A model generated the notes under the pieces. The model did not search any database. It was given only the letters and a program-made list of their open reading frames with translations, and was not told the origin of the DNA. The translations under genes and the position numbers were made by a program. DNA of 63,901 nucleotides, filler included. It is 9 parts of 9 records of this genome, joined end to end, with 100 filler letters (N's around TTAATTAATTAA, not from the genome) between each part and the next. Parts side by side here need not be neighbours in the genome. Positions count along the whole stretch, not along the records: positions 58,619 to 63,901 come from SRR31156797_83406; 8 more parts are not named here. One strand, 5' to 3'. Below are positions 63,304 through 63,901 of this stretch, piece by piece. Within the stretch, counting starts at the first letter, position 1; each line of letters begins with the position of its first letter.

Positions 63304-63901
63304 TCAATCGTAAACTACCATACTGTTAAAATTGATCTGCTGCAGAGGGTCTGAAACAAATCCTTCGATCTTGTCGCTCACACCGAAAACGACGGGCGTT
63401 TCAAGCAAAGGTACGGTAAAACGGATGTCATACAGATACTCCTGAAGAGCATGATAAGCCTCGGACCTTTTTTGGGGATCAAGAATGGTCTTGCAGTAGG
63501 CCAGCTGCTCATCAATATAGTCATCATTAGGAGTAATCCTGCCGCCGAAGACGGAATCATAAATAATCAGGATATTGGAAGGTTCATTGGCATTACCTGC
63601 CCTCAGGCCAATCTGAAAGGGGTGCCCCTGATTCTGGTAAACAGATCGGGAGCCGATAATTATCTCTGTCTCAACACCGATTTCCTGCCACATAGCCTGA
63701 AGAGCTTCGGCAACCATCTTATCGAACGTACGGTCCTCACAGTTAAATAGCAGCTTCAGCCCACCGTCTGCATACCCGGCTTCGGCCATATACTCTTTGG
63801 CTTTATCCAGATCGTAAGGCATGAAATTATCTATTTCCAGAAATGCATAAACGTTATGGGGATACATACCCATAGCCATAAGGGCATTTCCTCCATAAAT
63901 A
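63304..63901 (-). CDS. Family 5 ABC substrate-binding protein, C-terminal part
   Basis: YDLDKAKEYMAEAGY, AEALQAMWQEIGV, DP.KR...Y. Confidence 0.85.
   Translation of the reverse strand, partial: IYGGNALMAMGMYPHNVYAFLEIDNFMPYDLDKAKEYMAEAGYADGGLKLLFNCEDRTFDKMVAEALQAMWQEIGVETEIIIGSRSVYQNQGHPFQIGLRAGNANEPSNILIIYDSVFGGRITPNDDYIDEQLAYCKTILDPQKRSEAYHALQEYLYDIRFTVPLLETPVVFGVSDKIEGFVSDPLQQINFNSMVVYD

Overview
This window is not one locus. It is nine unrelated (meta)genomic contigs joined by 100-nt linkers (N44-TTAATTAATTAA-N44). Host assignments below are inferred from gene content and style only. (1) 1-8417, planctomycete-like: CIA30-MsrB-MsrA fusion, Tat-exported isomerase, two glycoside hydrolases. 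(2) 8518-15351, alphaproteobacterial: rrn promoter, M23 peptidase, rhomboid, TauE, AraC-GyrI, two paralogous lipoproteins, clpB. (3) 15452-21863: ABC exporter, substrate-binding protein plus hybrid kinase, prpE start. (4) 21964-31522, Desulfobacterota-like: resB/ccsA/ahbA, sfsA, phosphorelay, C25-like peptidase. (5) 31623-36878: T6SS tssJ/tssK and neighbours. (6) 36979-42238: decayed MCP, LysR, prophage integrase end. (7) 42339-52860: siphophage tail and lysis module. (8) 52961-58518: GntR, an IS-like element, TRAP transporter. (9) 58619-63901: peptide ABC operon plus nitrilase. Two observations stand out. First, a 1815-bp IS-like element (53301-55115) with 23-bp terminal inverted repeats and flanking TAA repeats encodes only two paralogous DUF1670-like proteins and no recognisable DDE transposase. 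Second, a LysR regulator (38917-39807) has an in-frame UGA at a normally Cys position followed by a SECIS-like hairpin, making it a candidate selenoprotein transcription factor.
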